Source of the DNA: Octopus vulgaris
Lineage: Eukaryota
Reading direction: 5' to 3'
DNA: 64,000 nt
NCBI GenBank assembly: GCA_951406725.2
Contig: OX597814.1
Span: 70,742,001-70,806,000 of the forward strand
Numbering within the stretch: the first letter of the stretch is position 1; every line of letters begins with the position of its first letter. Under the pieces are notes generated by a model. That model saw only the letters and a program-made list of their open reading frames with translations. It ran no database searches and had not been told where the DNA came from. The position numbers and the translations under genes are program-made. Below are positions 12,051 to 26,103 of the stretch, piece after piece.

Positions 12051-13379
12051 GGTTTAAGTAATTGAGATTTAAGTGAGTTCTAATGAATTCACTTGAATAT
12101 AGTCCTTAACTAGGATGCACCGGAAATCTATATGGTGTTAACCATACGACAAAGTGGGGTGATTACAAATAGGAAAAAAGCAACAAGAATGGATCAATAT
12201 ATCGGTACAATTGTTTCGTACGAGGACATCTTTAATAAAGCGACAAAAATTGCAGTAAATATAGGTGGCTCGTACTCATCAGCCGAAAAACATCAGAGAT
12301 TCCCAAACATCAAAAGGGGTAATGTTACACTTATGAAACACCATGGAAAATTCTATAAAAGTGAGAATTTAGATAACATAATTGTTTTTTTAAGAGTTCA
12401 ATTAGTATTATACAGGTTATTAAAAAGTTTTTTCAAAACATCCTAGTTTTCCAAAGAATGATGATACTAATGAGGGTGTGAGTTTAACTGCATTGAAGAA
12501 AGTTCGATTCCTGGAGATCCGATGAAAGGTCTTGAACTTACAGAATATGTGCTTGTCCATATATGGTTCATAGTAAATTGTTAATCAAGCTATGTGAAGA
12601 AATTTTGGATACAATCGTGCAAAATTTCTGAGAACTGCTGTATTATAATCCGAGTAAGAAGCAAAGCGACAGTCTTTTCGTGTAGAGGAACAGATTGTTA
12701 TTGAAATTTACAAGAATCACAGAGCTAAGGAAGAAAGTTGAATTTTACCAGTTACTGCTATTAATTGCTATAAAAAGAGGGAACGGGAAGCTAAAAGGGA
12801 GGGACACAAGTTGTTACTATAAGAAAACATCTAAGCTTATTTGGTGCAAAATTCGAACTGAGGTCATTTAATTTATTTCTTTATTTATTAATGTTACTAT
12901 TAATAGGTTGTCAGGTTACAATGAGAGGTCAGAAGAAAAGAAAAGAAAAAGAAAAAAGGAGTTATTTTCTAATGAAACCATACAATTATATTATATTATA
13001 TTATATTATATTATAATAGGTTTGGGATTAGCAGAATTAGTTATTAGTGTAAAAGAAACTAAGAAGTTTAACTAACTAATTTCCTATAAGTAGGTTAAAG
13101 TGAAATAGACTAAGAAATAGAAAGAAAAAAATTTAAATTATCTACATAGTCTAATAGAATTAAATCAAATAACTTAAATCAATAAGTATCACCAAGTACA
13201 GTTAGAGAGAGAATATAATCATAGCTAGTTAGATCGTATCTGTCTAATTAAATATATAATATAATATATGTAGGAGTAAAGTTTAATTCAAAGTGATTTT
13301 ATACAAAGTGATTTTAATATATACTGTTATCAATTAAACCATCATTTAAAATATTTAAGAGTCCTAGTTCGAGCGTGGA

Positions 13380-14330
13380 TACAAGATATTCCTAATTCAA
13401 TCCTGCTGTTCAATAAAATTTCATTATTTTTTCTATACTTTAGTATTTCAAATGTTTCCATGGAGCAAGGTGGACAACCTACTCTGCTATTTTAATAGGG
13501 TATCGCTCTTCTAACTAATTCACAATTAAGGTTATATTTGATATTATTGTTTTTTAGTTCCCAAATTTTACTAGAAAGAGTGGTGCTATCAGCTTTATGA
13601 CGTAATCTGAAGGAGGAAAGATGATTAGTAAATATTTTCTTAAAGTTTATGGTACATCCTACATAAGTGAATTTATTATTATCTGTGGTTATGGAGCATT
13701 TGCAAATTATGTTATTTAACCCGCATAAACTAGGCGCCGGGCATTTTGATTTAATTCTGCAGTTACATCTAGGGGAATTATAATTTGAGGATAGAAGTCT
13801 CATACTACTGTTGCTCGAAACATTGCGGGTATATTTTTCATGGTTTTGGTTATTGCTGCTATCTAAAATAATGTTATCATTATTGTAGTTAATATTATTA
13901 TCTAAAGTAGTATTATCATTTATTGGTATTCTTACATTTTCATTTGGTTCTATAACCCTACTTTCATTATTAATATTGTTGATGCTGTTATCTAAAATAA
14001 TGTTATCATTATTGTAGTTAATGCTATTATCTAAAGTAGTATTATCATTTATCGGTATTCCTACACTATCATTTGGTTCTATAACCCTACTATCATTATT
14101 AATATTGTTGATGCTGTTAGTATTGTTGTCGGTATTGTTTTCTAAATGTGTAGTGTTATTGCAGATAACATTGCTCTCATCATTCACTGTACTTACATTC
14201 CTGGTATTATTCGTATTATTAACATAATTATTCCTATTTATGTTATTATTATTATTAGCAATTCTATAGCTATTGGTTATACTTATTATATGACATTCAT
14301 TATTCACATTCTTATTCACATTCTTCTTCA
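13380..14330 (-). mobile_element. Naiad-type PLE fragment: Asn-rich linker + GIY-YIG
   Basis: CNCRIKSKCP...C...IICKC...FTYVGCT..FK..FTNHLSSF...TTLSSKIWELK; internal ~120-bp duplication. Confidence 0.85.
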
Positions 14331-15541
14331 CTAATGGTTCGTTCACTTGTCTGTGTTCCAACGGGGTGGTAAAGATACTTTTGAACTGGTCATTCAGCAT
14401 CTCACTGATCTTAGTTGGACTGTCTGTGAGGGAGCCATCCTTTTGGAGGAGGTGTCCTATCTTGCAGTGTACTGACACTGTTTCTTTTGTGTAATGAAAG
14501 AAGGCCTTTGAGTTTGATTTAATGTTTTTTGTAACCCAGGCTTCTTTGTCTGCTTTCTCCCTCACATAGGATTGTTGTAGCCTTTTTTCGATCTCCATCA
14601 GTGTTTTTAGGCGGGACGTTTCGCTACTTTTGGGATGTTGGTCAAGACGATTTGCAACCTTCGTCCGTCGTTTCATGAGGATCTCCCTGTCTCTTGGAAT
14701 CTTGCTCCTATTTGTTTTGGCCTTGTGCTCTGGGACATATTTCTGGCATACGGCTTGCACAGGAGACATGAAACATTCTAGTTTCATGTCAATGTCTGGT
14801 GTGGAGAGACATTCCGGCCAGTCCTCTCTGAGGATCTCTTTTTGGATCGATTTCCAATCTGCTTTGTGGAAGTTCAGATTGGAGAGATTTCGGTGCTTCC
14901 TTTAGGCTTTATGTCTCTAGTTACTTTCGGCCCAAACATAGACAGCTCTATTATGTTGTGATCCGAAACTAATGTCGGTGTCACTTTCACATCATGAATG
15001 ATGTCCATATTGTTCGTGAAGCAGAGATCCAGAATGTTATTCGCCCTAGTTGGTTTGAGTACAACTTGCTCCATGAATAAGGCGTTGGTGAGGTTGAGCA
15101 GGGACTCCACCTGTACTTGCTTGTAATGATTCATTCCTGAGAGTATGAGACCTTCGGGCCATTTGACGTTGGTGAAGTTGAAATCACCCATAAGAAATAT
15201 GGTCACGTGGTGTTCCAGATTCATGAGGATTTCTTTCATTCTTGTGAGGCAATCTTCAAACTTGCCTATGTGATTTGGAGCATCCGGTGGGCAATATGTA
15301 TTGCATATGACTATATTATGTTGTCTTATGTATACAATTAAAGTGTCACATACTGAATTTGAGTATGTCATTAAGACCTGGGGTGTGAGGTCATCTCGGA
15401 TGTATACAGCAACTCCACCATGGCTCCTTTTCCTTCTGTCTGTTCGCAGTATGGCATAGTTTGGTATGTGTACTTCTGCGTCCTCTATATAAGGGCTGAG
15501 GTGAGTTTCCACGAGTGCTATGCATAGGGCTTGATTGCATG
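14330..15541 (-). mobile_element. CR1 LINE APE/linker segment (inverted part)
   Basis: ORF 14874-15668 CNQALCIALVETHL...GDFNF...LDLCF...SDH; paralogue of the 53.6-56.6 kb LINE. Confidence 0.9.
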
Positions 15542-16200
15542 GATCATAAGAACATTCAGAACCAGAGATAAGGAAACCATGATGGTCCTCTAACGGACAT
15601 TCGTCCTCATTACTGCTCACAGCTATGGTTACCCACCGGTGTGAAATTAACAGCGGACCTTGAAGCAAACCAGATAAGATTCGCGAAGATCGTCTCTTTG
15701 CAACAGCTCAGCTGCTGGGAAAGGTTGAAACAGCTAAGACTCTACTCCCTGGAGAGAAGACGGGAGAGGTATGCAGTAATATATGTCTGGAAGATCCTGG
15801 AAGGAATTGTGCCAAATTTTGGCATTGTAAGCTACACCAATGCTAGAACGGGATGACACTGCATAGTGTCAAAGATCCCAGCAATGCCATCACGCTTCAG
15901 GACCAACTACTGCAACAGCCTGGATTTCAAGGGCCCACAGCTTTTTAATATTCTCCCAAAGAGTCTGAGGAACTTGCACAAAGTAGATGTAGCGGTTTTT
16001 AAATCAAAGCTGGACATCTTCCTGTCGAGAGTCCCAGATGAACCTACCTCACGGCAACAGGTGCAAATGAGAGTAGCTATATCAAACTCCATTCTTCACC
16101 AAGTGCCACATATTACAGGAGGTTCTTCATAATAACAGTGTAGCACAAAACGGCGGTGCATCAGCATGGCTGCAGCTCTGAGCTGAAACAAGAAAAAAAA
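15539..16200 (+). mobile_element. CR1 LINE C-terminus, 3' UTR and poly(A)
   Basis: WERLKQLRLYSLERRRERYAVIYVWKILEG...KLDIFLSRVPDEPT; tail cagcatggctgcagctctgagctgaaac + A-run. Confidence 0.9.
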
Positions 16201-16300
16201 TGTATATATATATATATGTATATATATATGTATATGTGTATATGTATATATATATGTATATGTATATATGTTTATATGTATATATATGTATATGTATATA

Positions 16301-16335
<35 letters not shown>

Positions 16336-16482
16336 ATGGAGAAATAAATTAATTTCGTTCATCAACTTACGATATTACAATTTCATAACATTTATAAATT
16401 AAACAAATGGGAACATCAAAATGAAACAAAACAATATAAATCAACATGTAGTATAATGATAAAAATAATACAAATAAACTGC

Positions 16483-16614
16483 TCCTTACAGCTGTTTCAA
16501 CCTGTGGTCAAGAGCCAATTCAACTTATGTTGCCTATAGATGTCAATGTATTATGGTTTTATGCATTAAAGATTATACTTGTATGTAAAAATAACCAAAC
16601 CCCTCGTCAGAGGA
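16483..16614 (-). ncRNA. Type-I hammerhead ribozyme with ~105-nt stem II region
   Basis: Minus strand: tcct CTGACGA ggggtttggtta...tgaccacaggtt GAAAC agct GTA agga. Confidence 0.75.
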
Positions 16615-16722
16615 TATAATTAATTTGAAAAGTATAATACTAATATAGATATACAAAATATGCTTCACTTATTATCCGATATAAACAAATAAATAATAAG
16701 ACAAACATCCAAAATACATACA

Positions 16723-16754
<32 letters not shown>

Positions 16755-16755
16755 C

Positions 16756-16800
<45 letters not shown>

Positions 16801-18019
16801 AACACATATATATATATATATATAAAATATACAAATATACATACATATACATACATAGTCAAATCGTACATACTATTCACATGCGCAAAATACATAAAGA
16901 ACAACATTGAACAATATATTACATTACATTGGGTATATCATGCGCCGTATAGTCAAGTAAATGCATTCTAATGTATATATACTACCACGTTCAATAGTAC
17001 AAACAGTATTATTGTTTTAACGATAATACTAAACAGAAGATACCCACTATATTCATGTGTACTAACATAACAAAAATTCACGAAAGAAGGTACGAAGTAT
17101 AAATATTCACATATACACACATATATATATATATACATATGCACAAACAAAATATTTGCGTATGAATATATTAATCATACAAACATAATCCAGATATTAC
17201 TTAACGCATCCACGTAGCACGAACAAGTTTAATTAGCGTCCAAAATATTCAGTCCGAATTATATGTCCAGGCTGGGTTAGGTTCGCAAAATATGTCTTTG
17301 TTATATGCATATTGGATTTCACAATGTTTACATTACTGTTATATGGATATTAAAATTAATACATCCACGTAATCAAACAAATTTAATTTTAAAACCCGAG
17401 TAGCAACTTAAACTCCATGTCAAAGTTTAATTTAGTCCAAAGGTTTGCATTTATGTTTATGCTTATTAATATTTAAAGATATTTAAAATTACATTGTGGG
17501 TTAGGGAGCAGTCATTTAAATCATTGTCTATTTAACTTATGCATATTAAATGTTTTAAAAAATTTATTTGGGTTAAGGGAGCGGTCACTTAAATTCATGA
17601 TCTATTTCCAATTGGCTAATTCGTTTAAACGCATCCGTTAGGCCTGTTTGAAAACAATATGGGGTCAGAATGTTAGTTAGATAGATCATAATAGTTTATC
17701 TATACTAGATAAATTGCTGGATAAAAGTACATTCATTTATATGTAAAAACTTGGATAGATATTTACAAAAAATAGACAACTATATCTTCGGTCGTATTTA
17801 TACCTAAGAAGTGATTTATACTTACCTACTATCTTATTTTACACATTCGAATTGCATATATACATACACATACATGCATATTTAAACCAAAAAGTATACG
17901 ATGGACAACGTAAACCTACATATATTTACGCATTACGTAAACAAAACCAACTATATCTTCTATCTTATTTAACACTTTCGAATTGCATACACACATACAA
18001 TGATATATACACACATATA

Positions 18020-18630
18020 TCCTTACATACAAACAAACCAGTACAAACATCACATATACAAATGTGTACTGAAGTTCATATATAATATCTAATATACAAG
18101 AAAAATAACATAAAATAATACTTAAAACTATCACATGCATGCACACAAATAAACCTACATGAATTTATAAAATATATATATATACACATGCATCTACATA
18201 TATACAAATCCATTAGTGACCACAATATGTTTAGCACATTGACTCATACTATGTGCATAACAATATACTAAAAACCAAAAGTAAGTACATATCAATATAC
18301 ATAAATATAAAGATATATTTACAAGCAAGTATCAGTATATAAAAAATACAAATATGTACACACAAAAAAACACAATAATACTTAAAACTACCACATGCAT
18401 GCACACAAATAAATCTACATGAATAAATAAATATATATATATACATATATATCCACATATATACAAATCCAATAGTGACCACAATATGTTTAGTACAGTG
18501 ATTCATACTATGTGCATAACTATATGCTAAAAGTCGAAAGTAAATGCATATCAATATACATATATATATAAAAATAAATTTACACACAAGTACCAGTATA
18601 TAAAAAATACAAATATGTACACACACAAAA
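18020..18630. repeat. AT-rich tandem duplication, ~260-bp period
   Basis: gtgaccacaatatgtttag recurs at ~18216 and ~18475. Confidence 0.7.
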
Positions 18631-18799
18631 CCCCCTTATATCAAAATATATAAATACATAAATATTCATATACAAATACATATATCATACATATTATACA
18701 CTTATACATAGATATACAAAAAATAATATGCCCATAATCCTTTACAATTTTGTATTCCTAAATATAATAAAGTAAAAAAGCCCTCAACAACTATTTATA

Positions 18800-19860
18800 T
18801 ATATTTTTAAAGGGTATTTAGAACTAAGCATTATTTGTATCTAGAGAAAGTATACGCCAGTCTATGAAGGCATGAGACATTCCGTTTCTGAAGATTGTTA
18901 ATAATTGGTGAATTAGCCCTAATTATAAAGAAAATATCGTTTATGCATAAAGAGCATTTTCTATTCCTATTATTATATGCTGGTGCAGATGTAAGTATTT
19001 TCCATTGCAAATTATAATTGATTTTTTGTCCTTAAGCTCCCATATATATGCACTTAACTTGTAGAATTAATCCTATTCTTATTTAAAAAAATATATCGGT
19101 GATAATTAAGTCTCTGTTTCAAATTATTCTTAGTAGCCCCAATATATAATCTATTATCATATTGTGTACTTACTATGCATTGATATACTACCTCCTTTTT
19201 TCAAGCAGTCATTATTGAACACACAATTTTCCTTAATTCTACAATTGCACCTATTATCTTGTTGTAAATGCTTAACTTTATTATGATTACTTGCTGCTGT
19301 ATTCTTATCAATATTATTATTATTAATATTATTATCATTATTACTTATTATTCCCATATCCATCGGCATATTATCATTGATAATATTGCTCCCATTTATG
19401 TTATATTTTACGTTATTATTATTATTACTACTACTACCTATAGTTTTATTATTACTAATTCCATGAATATTACCCATGCTATTATTAGTCGTTATAGCAT
19501 TATTATTACTATTGCTTCCATTACTATTACTAGTACCGTTATAATTATTATATCTTACGTTATAGTGAGACACATTATTGCTACCTAAATTATTTTTTCT
19601 ATTTAGATAGAAATAATCAAGTTTTCTTATTATTAATTGAGGATATGATGGTGGCCAGATTATGAATACGGCTGTATCCTATTCTAATAGTTTTATTATT
19701 AATTATGTCACAATATTTGTTCTTTCCTTCACCAAAATGCTTGTTTGTTAAATTGAAAATATTTCCAACTATGTTAGTTTTAATTTGCATAGCATATGGA
19801 ATTATTAACCACAGTGTATCAGTAACGTTATATTGAGTACACGGCTGATCCATATTATTT
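18800..19860 (-). mobile_element. Naiad-type PLE 3' fragment (linker + GIY-YIG), degenerate; part duplicated at 20455-20612
   Basis: LWLIIPYA...TIRIGYS; CNCRIKENC...VVYQC...YIGAT...W.ILTSAPAY...CSLC. Confidence 0.8.
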
Positions 19861-19958
19861 ACAAGTACCCTATTCCTCTTATTTCCTCTGTACTTTCTAT
19901 AATCATTATATATATATATATGTATATATATATATGTGTATATATATATGTATATATA

Positions 19959-20085
19959 GGCGCAGGAGTGGTTCCGGGTTCAGTCCCACTGCGTGGCACC
20001 TTGGGCAAATGTCTTCTACTATAGCCTCGGGCCGACCAAAGTCTTGTGAGTGGATTTGGTAGACGGAAACTGAAAGAAGCCCATC

Positions 20086-20147
<62 letters not shown>

Positions 20148-20365
20148 TTGTGCATCCGTGTTTGTCCCCTAGCATTGCTTGACAACTGATGCTGGTGTGT
20201 TTATGTCCCCGTTACTTAGCGGTTCGGCAAAAGAGACCGATAGAATAAGTACTGGGCTTACAAAAGAATAAGTTTCGGGGTCGAGTTGCTCGATTAAAGG
20301 CGGTGCTCCAGCATGGCCGCAGTCAAATGACTGAAACAAGTAAAAGAGTAAAAGAGAGTAAGAGA
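19959..20365 (+). mobile_element. tRNA-derived SINE with internal microsatellite and CR1-like tail
   Basis: B-box-like ggttcagtccc, ccttgggcaa core, tail ggcggtgctccagcatggccgcag; same family as 26470-26878. Confidence 0.8.
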
Positions 20366-20627
20366 ATATATATGTATATATATATGTATATATGTATGTA
20401 TATATGTATATATATATATGTATATATATATATGTATATATGTATATATATATGATGGTGGCCAGATTATGAATAAGGCTGTATCCTATTCTAATAGTTT
20501 TATTATTAATTATGTCACAATATTTGTTCTTTCCTTCACCAAAATGCTTGTTTGTTAAATTGAAAATATTTCCAACTATGTTAGTTTTAAATTGCATAGC
20601 ATATGGAATTATTGTATATGTATATAG

Positions 20628-20687
20628 ATTGATTGATTGATTGATTGATTCTAGTTTCAGCTTATGAGCTGTGGCCATGCTGGGGCA
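20628..20687 (-). mobile_element. Isolated CR1 3' tail with (TCAA)n
   Basis: Matches 53543-53600. Confidence 0.8.
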
Positions 20688-20707
20688 ATATATATATGTG
20701 TGTTTTT

Positions 20708-21930
20708 GTACATCATCTCCAAACCTTCCAATATATATATATATGTATATATATAAATAGTATATGTATATATATATATGTATGTATGTTTATATGAATG
20801 TATATATATATATATATATGTATGTATATATATAAATATATATGTATGTATATATATGTATATATATATGTATGTATGTATATATATATATATAATATAT
20901 ATGTGTGTGTGTGTGTGATTGTAAATTTTTACAAATTTCACTACCAGTGGTCTAGCATGTATAAAAAGTCAATAGACGACATATTATTCAATATAAAAGA
21001 GTGTACATGCAAACACAAAGAGAAATTACCTATAACAGGCAATTTCTACACGCTTGGAGACAGTCAATACGACCGAAAACCATAAAAAATTTAAGCAATT
21101 TCAAAGGGAATGAAAGAATTTAAAACTATATATATATATGTATGTATATGTATATATATACATATATGTATGCATGTATGTATGTATTTACGTATATGTA
21201 TATATGTATGTATGTATATATGTATGTGTAGTGAAATTTGTAAAAGTTTACTACCCTATATAGATTTCTAAGTATCGACATTAGCTTTTCAAAGTTCGAT
21301 TCGGCATTTTTCATTTTCAGCCGACTGAAACTGCGCTTGCGTGGTGGATTTTGAAAAACATATAACATATAAAGATGATATACGTGCTATTGGTCTCATA
21401 CGCGTAGGTTAGTCTTGGATGGCTCGGTTACTGATGAAGATTTGTCTAGTAAATTATTTCTGTTACTAAAAATATCCGAAACCTATAGGTATAATTGTAA
21501 AAAACAAAGTAAAAGTTTTAAATTCTTTCATTCCCTTTGAAATTGCTTAAATTATTTATGGTTTTCGGTCGTATTGACTGTCTCCAAGCGTGTAGAAATT
21601 GCCTGTTATAGGTAATTTCTCTTTGTGTTTGCATGTACACTCTTTTATATTGAATAATATGTCATCTATTGACTTTTTATACATGCTAGACCACTGGTAG
21701 TGAAATTTGTAAAAATTTACAATCACACACACACACACATATATATTATATATATATATATATACATACATACATATATATATACATATATATACATACA
21801 TATATATTTATATATACATACATATATATATATATATACATTCATATAAACATACATACATATATATATACATATACTATTTATATATATACATATATAT
21901 ATATATTGGAAGGTTTGGAGATGATGTACA
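20708..21930. repeat. Inverted repeat (~420-bp arms 20708-21127 and 21514-21930), PLE pseudo-LTR-like
   Basis: Mirror ORFs 20798-21085 and 21556-21801; HHR in the spacer. Confidence 0.85.
21425..21497 (+). ncRNA. Type-I hammerhead ribozyme
   Basis: cggtta CTGATGA agatttgtctagtaa...ttactaaaaatatcc GAAAC ctatag GTA taattg. Confidence 0.75.
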
Positions 21931-22210
21931 TGTATTATATATTAGAAGAAATGAGGTAATCAGAAGATCGGATGGTTTATATTTACAGATATTTATTTAT
22001 ATATTACATTTTTTACATATATATCATATCACTTAGATCATTTACGCTTTCTCCCATTCTAGTGGGGTTTTCAAATCAAAATAAGTTCCTTTGTGGGGAA
22101 TTTTAGTCATTTTATAGTTTCGTAGTGGTGGGGAGGAATGTAAGACAGTACAAGAGGGTGAGGTGGATGAGAAGAAAGTGAGAGAGAACATGTTTGTATG
22201 TGTATGTGTA

Positions 22211-22241
<31 letters not shown>

Positions 22242-22323
22242 TTGTATCTGAGGTGAGTGCTAAAGAGAAAGAGGGGAAGGGAGAGGGAAGAAGAAGGAAA
22301 TAATTTTTTTGGTCTGCTTGACA

Positions 22324-22503
22324 GAATATTGACTCCAAGGGGATTCTAAGAATTTCAGCTTTGACCACTTCACAGTGTTGCTGAGTGTGTGATGGCGGGG
22401 AGGTAGGCCATAATATTGACTCCAAGGGGGTTCAAAGAATTTCAGCTTTAACCACTTCACAGTGTCACTGAGTGTGTGGTGGCGAGGAGGTAGGCCATAA
22501 ATT
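22324..22503. repeat. Two tandem ~87-bp units
   Basis: aatattgactccaagggg...ggtaggccata repeated. Confidence 0.75.
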
Positions 22504-23090
22504 ATATTTCCTTTTATCATTGTGAGGATGGTCAAATGCCTTTTTGGGTTTTTAAGAATTCTTTCCACTTTGTATGATCGTTTTGTGGAGGTGTGTGTGT
22601 GTGTCTCTGTGTGTGTCTCTGTGTGTGTTTGTGTGTGTGTGTGTATGTGTGTGTGTGTGTGTGTGTGTGCATGTGCGTGTGTCTGTGTGTTTGGAGGAGA
22701 GAGAGAGACAAAAAAGGAAAAAGAAAAATAAGGGAGGAAGGGGAAAACTATGTTTATATATATATACATAGTTGGCCAAAAGTTGCCTGACGGTAAATCA
22801 TATACTATATACATATACATATATATATATATACATATATGTATGTATATATATGTATGTGTATATATATGTATGTATATATATGTATATATATGTATAT
22901 ATATATATATGTATGTATATGTATATATATATGTATGCATGTATGTATGCATTTATGTATATATGTGTACATATAATAATTATTTGAGGGAATATTAATC
23001 CTAACTTACAGGGAAAAATTCAATTTAGAAATAATAAATCAAATTTCACACAATATAATACATATATATATAAATAAGAAAAAAACCACC

Positions 23091-24150
23091 AATAGTAATG
23101 TTTTGAGTTGAGGTGTGGTGTTATGTTTTGTTGTTCTTAGTGTTGTTGTGTCTAATTTTGTGTCTAACAATTAGACACAAAAACACTAAGAACAACAAAA
23201 CATGACACCACACATCAACTCAAAACATTACTATTTATATCAACACACAACCCCAGAAACAGTGAGGCATTCAACACTATTGTGCAAACTCTTCCTTTAC
23301 TAGAGTTCCAAAAATGAACGACATCCTGAAAACACACAAACTCATCAAATGCAAAAAACAGGACAAATCGCTAAAGAGACTACTAACAAATGCGAAGCTT
23401 TACAAAATATCCACGAAACCAACGGTTGAAAAATGTGGACGCCCAAACTGTGGAACCTGCCCCAACCTGCTTCAAGGCTCGGATTTCCATTTCAAACAAG
23501 GGCAGAGGTTCACAATTTAAACTAGTTTCACTTGTGCCTCTGAGAACCTAATTTATATAATAACCTGTTCGAGTTGCGGACACAACTATATTGGACAAAC
23601 GAGTATGCCCTTGAGAAAGAGAATCACTCTACATAAAGAGAAAATCCGTTTCCCGCAATACAGACAAATTCCTCTCAGTGAACACATAGAAAACTGTGTA
23701 GGTAACATCAAACCAAATTTCACAGTCTTCCCTTTCTACCAGTGCAAAGACGCAATCTCTCAACTAGAACCTTTTTCATTGAAAAATACAAAACACGCCT
23801 TAATATGCACGCATGACCAACTTTTATCTTTTTACATATTCCAATTCACGAATACATCACTGTATATAAATCCCCTACTGTACACATATATAATCCCCAC
23901 CCATTACCGAAAGCTGAACAGTTATCTCCCTTACCCACAACAATAACAATAATAGCGACAACCAATTACCTCCCCTTATTTATCTACTTGTGAAGTCATT
24001 CACTCGTGAATATCATCACACATAACATGGACAAAATTTCTTAAGAAAAAATTTATATTCAAATAAAACATAATATCATGAATAGCGATAGCGAAACCGG
24101 TCGATATATTAAAAATTATATTAAAACTATGTAAGTGTGCGTATTTTCCT
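23091..24150 (+). mobile_element. 5'-truncated PLE (GIY-YIG end + pseudo-LTR) with fold-back 5' end
   Basis: KCGRPNCGTCP...NLIYIITCSSCGHNYIGQT...RITLH; same family as 622-1660. Confidence 0.85.
24073..24107 (+). ncRNA. Degenerate minimal hammerhead ribozyme
   Basis: atatc atgaata gc gata gc GAAAC cg GTC gatat; stems intact, CUGANGA box has 2 substitutions. Confidence 0.55.
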
Positions 24151-24772
24151 TTTTTAATTTCTTAATCTAGTTAAAGATATATCCTTAAGACTATCAAATT
24201 TATCTGCGAATGTCGACATTTTTAAACAAAAAGCGGAATTTTATAATACCGCCCTGTCAAAAGCCGGTTATAGGGATAAGGTATCATATTTCGACCCGGC
24301 CCATTCTAAACTAATATTTGCCTCTCAGGATAAGAAAACTAATAACAATAGAAATAATGTAATTAATGATTTCAACCCTAGCAACGTCGACACTAATATA
24401 ATTAACGAAAATAATGTACGGACCAGGGGAGGTAATCGAAAACCAACACCAATTCTACAACACAGAAATACTCCCTTTAATGTAAATGTTAGCACTCTGA
24501 GCTATTCTAAGAAAAAAAAACTATATCTGGTTTGTCATTCCTTTCGGGAAACAAATCAGGTCTAACCTCTCTTTACAATTCCGTGAAGCCGTAGCTAGGA
24601 ACTTTCCCAGGAATTCTAGGTATTACTCAACTATCAATTCGCATAAGGTGAGGATTGCATTTTCCAACACTAGAAACCTATCGGAGATAATTGCCTCCCA
24701 TAATAATAAGCTGCTAAATAAGGGTTCATCACCCAGGAGTAGCGACACTGCCCTTACCAATTCCAACATAAC

Positions 24773-24820
<48 letters not shown>

Positions 24821-25047
24821 TAAACAGTATTGATATTAGCAACGTCCATAGCATCACTGGCGTTAACAATAGTAATAATGATAATAATATTAGCCGGATT
24901 ATTAACAGTGGTGGTGTTAGTGGTGATAATAACAGCATTTCCAATAACAGTTGTATTATTGATGATAACAGTCCCAGCATTCCTATAGTCAGAGAAATTG
25001 CCGACGATATTACAATTAATAGTAATGATAATAAGAGGAATAGTATC

Positions 25048-25527
25048 GTGGCCAATGCTAGCAACAATATTTACACCTATCATAACAATAAAAACTCTGT
25101 CTTAGTATCGGATGTTAACCCCAACAGATTAAAGTTCCTATCCAAAAATTCCAAAATTAGAAACACCATTTACCAGTGCAAAATTTCTTCGGGAACTGAT
25201 GTCTTCTTCTACATTGGAGCAACTTCTTCTAAATTAGCCCAAAGGATATCCAACCATTATTCAACTTTCAGAGATAAGAAAAAACAACACAGCACGGGAC
25301 TAAGTAAATTAGTTTGGCGTCAGAAGGACGGCAATACAACTTTCAAACTGGAATGGTCCATATTGTCGGTGTCCTTCCCGTTTGACAAGGGCAGAAAACA
25401 TTGTGGCGTCTGTAATTCCGAACTTTTTCATATTTTGTTCGCCAAAGTCCCTTTAATAAATACAATCGTCGAGAGGTCCTACAGATGCATGCACTGGCAA
25501 AAACACACCTTTCAATCATATGAATAA
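25048..25527 (+). CDS. PLE GIY-YIG endonuclease domain (partial ORF)
   Basis: NTIYQCKI...FFYIGATSSKLAQRISNHYSTF...STGLSKLVW...CGVC...CMHW. Confidence 0.8.
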   Translation: MANASNNIYTYHNNKNSVLVSDVNPNRLKFLSKNSKIRNTIYQCKISSGTDVFFYIGATSSKLAQRISNHYSTFRDKKKQHSTGLSKLVWRQKDGNTTFKLEWSILSVSFPFDKGRKHCGVCNSELFHILFAKVPLINTIVERSYRCMHWQKHTFQSYE

Positions 25528-26103
25528 TGATTAATATAGATAGCCCCTTGAATTTTAATTAATATAACCCTTTTTTATATATTTCACCCCCATAGACAAA
25601 AAATTCTTTTTATACTTTCAAAGAACTACTACCCAATCCAGTGAGGTATGTATTACCTTTGTCCCTATACCTCGCCCTCCTCTTTCTCTCTCTTTCCCTC
25701 TATCTATAGTAAGCACAATCAAACACACAGACACAAACCGTTCACCTCACCACTGTCTGTTTTCTGACACCCACCCATCCACAAACACATTCACACACAC
25801 ACATACACACGCACACATTAATGCCGTTATATACAGTCACACACACAGACACTCATTCACAAAAGAAAATTCACCATTCATTTGAACTGCACCCTTTCAC
25901 CTTCCTATTCTTATGCCTCTCTTCTTCTACTTCGTTTGAACCCTTGAACCTTTAAAACCTTCTAGAATCCTCTACATCCATCCATTTTCACGTCACTCCT
26001 TATAAAGGAATTTTTTAAAGAGACACTCATTATCACTATGGGCTCCGTGTGAGCAGTCATCTAAAAGTCTTTTGTGCATCTTGATGTTGACATAAGTTCC
26101 TTG

